53,912 bases of DNA, from the NCBI GenBank assembly GCA_036493295.1, contig DASXQB010000419.1, forward strand, positions 1-53,912. Reading direction: 5' to 3'. Source of the DNA: Polyangia bacterium. GTDB lineage: Bacteria; Myxococcota_A; Polyangia; Fen-1088. Below, piece after piece: positions 52,945 through 53,912 of the stretch. Numbering within the stretch: position 1 is the first letter of the stretch; every line of letters begins with the position of its first letter. Position numbers and translations under genes: made by a program. The notes beneath the pieces are model-generated. The model ran no database searches and was not told where the DNA came from. It saw only the letters and a program-made list of their open reading frames with translations.

Positions 52945-53553
52945 CTACCGGCGCGCGCCGGGGCTGCGCTGCTGAAATTTCAAACCGGCCGCCGCGGCCC
53001 CGTGTCGTTCGCGAAAGCGCGCGCGTTCGACAGAGGTGGTCACGTCGCTGGGGTCATCCGCTGCGGCGCGGGCGCGCGCGCTGTCGTCGATCGCGTGTCC
53101 CAGCTTTTCAAACATCCGCAGCGAAGCGGCGTTCTCCGGAATGATCGCCGCGTACACCTGCTCGAGGCCCAGGACCGCGAAGGCGAAGGCGTGCAGCATG
53201 ATCCCAAAACGTGTTCCCAGCCCCTGCCCTTGTTGATCACGCGCGCCGATCAGAATGGCCACCTCGGCGTCGCGGTCGGTGACGTGGCGAAGGTCGGCGT
53301 CCCCGGCCAGGGCGCCGTCGCAATCCAGCAGGAACGGTCGCCCGTCTGTTTCAACCAGCGCCGCGAAATGCGCCTCCACGTCGGCGGCGTTCATATCGAC
53401 CGTGTTGGTCAACAGGCGCCGGTTGTCGGGCTGGTTGTAAAACGCGGCCAGCCGGGTGGCGTGGGTGCCCACCTCTTCCCACCACGGCTCGCACGCGCGC
53501 AACGTGCCTTGCGGGGTTTGCCATTCGATCGACCAGCGCGGGCGCGCGTTCAC
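52945..53553 (-). CDS. GNAT-family N-acetyltransferase
   Basis: The acetyl-CoA motif is ARDQQGQGLGTRFG and the C-terminal part is NAASLRMFEKLGH. The start is set at GTG 53553 (weak SD). The upstream part of ORF 52945..53829 overlaps the PilZ gene in another frame. Confidence 0.7.
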   Translation of the reverse strand: MNARPRWSIEWQTPQGTLRACEPWWEEVGTHATRLAAFYNQPDNRRLLTNTVDMNAADVEAHFAALVETDGRPFLLDCDGALAGDADLRHVTDRDAEVAILIGARDQQGQGLGTRFGIMLHAFAFAVLGLEQVYAAIIPENAASLRMFEKLGHAIDDSARARAAADDPSDVTTSVERARFRERHGAAAAGLKFQQRSPGARR

Positions 53554-53575
53554 GGCCGTCAGACTAACGCGGTCG

Positions 53576-53912
53576 TCACGCCGACAGGCGGCCGATCTTG
53601 GCGTCGCCTTCGGACAAGGCGATGATGAACTCGTAGAAGGCGGCGTTGGCGTGTTCGATGGCCAGACCCACGCCGGTGCCACGCCCATCGTCGATCTGCC
53701 GGACCACGCGACCTTTGGCCAGAGCGATGCGTTTGCCCGGCAGAACGAACCCGAACGCCACGCGGGCGGCGATCGGCGGCGCTGCCGTTTCCACGAACGC
53801 CGCCAACCGACAACCACGAACCGAAACATCCGACAGCTCGATGGTGGTCGCGTCCTGGCTGCCCTCGGTCTGCAAACGCACCGGCAGCCCCAGCTTGAAC
53901 CGAGGATGGCGG
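53576..53912 (-). CDS. PilZ-domain protein, C-terminal part (gene runs off the right edge)
   Basis: The reading frame is open to the window end. My translation upstream of the listed GTG is ...RHPRFKLGLPVRLQTEG..., which carries the RxxxR motif, followed by DVSVRG (DxSxxG). Confidence 0.7.
   Translation of the reverse strand, partial: RHPRFKLGLPVRLQTEGSQDATTIELSDVSVRGCRLAAFVETAAPPIAARVAFGFVLPGKRIALAKGRVVRQIDDGRGTGVGLAIEHANAAFYEFIIALSEGDAKIGRLSA

Noticed and set aside
52741-53625. 294-aa plus-strand ORF across the pilin-upstream gap and the GNAT gene.
   Set aside because: It is Arg/Pro/Gly-rich with no motifs and is antisense to a GNAT gene that has a clear acetyl-CoA-binding motif.
1-53912. 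Search by eye for tRNA/rRNA genes, CRISPR arrays, IS elements or transposases, integrases, prophage genes and toxin-antitoxin pairs.
   Set aside because: No intergenic gap is long enough, apart from 307-633, 5135-5485, 22189-22451 and 52664-52944, and none of these shows tRNA-like arms or spaced direct repeats of CRISPR type. No ORF shows transposase or integrase motifs. An Infernal/tRNAscan/ISfinder run would be needed to be certain.

Overview
Very GC-rich, almost gap-free coding DNA with about 50 protein genes. Gaps are mostly under 130 bp. I recognised no tRNA/rRNA, CRISPR array, IS element, integrase or phage gene. The gene content fits a myxobacterium-like (deltaproteobacterial) chromosome: a Hanks kinase, three PilZ proteins, SpoIIE/STAS partner-switching parts, a sigma54-type pilin promoter and many exported or lipoprotein genes. 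The taxon is inference only.

Left part (1-23 kb):
- an enolase-superfamily enzyme coupled to an exported PIG-L deacetylase
- a SpoIIE phosphatase plus a PilZ protein
- an operon of a large exported PIG-L/ThuA-like protein, a 61-aa membrane peptide and a sodium:solute symporter
- divergent bshC-bshA (bacillithiol synthesis)
- DUF2911, Tex, a minimal NB-ARC NTPase, PpnP, a STAS protein, an S1-domain protein, a Ser/Thr kinase and an orphan secreted protein

Right part (23-52 kb) is an unusually dense lipid-catabolic supercluster:
- acyl-CoA synthetase and serine hydrolase
- a FadR(YsiA)-like TetR with ACAD, lipoprotein, FadL, DUF962/Mpo1-like protein and a hypothetical
- SDR, amidase, small protein and GMC oxidoreductase
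- M20 hydrolase, ACBP and a Ca-type PI-PLC
- aldehyde dehydrogenase, a Cys-rich exported protein and a LolA-like protein
- an SCP2, TetR, FadE5-like, MaoC, FabG4-like and thiolase operon

The window ends with a terminator-insulated type IV pilin gene, a GNAT gene and a partial PilZ gene.

Main hunt results:
- a 21-bp palindrome (YTATTGA-N7-TCAATAG) recurs in five promoter regions of the lipid cluster, suggesting a candidate TetR regulon
- a perfect TGAATGA-type FadR/YsiA-like operator
- a hypothesis that the cluster degrades complex (sphingo/ether/amide) lipids
- an exported protein with eight C-x3-C repeats
- bshC-bshA in a Gram-negative, high-GC context
- a sensor-less NB-ARC NTPase

All family calls rest on motif recognition by eye. 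No database search was run.
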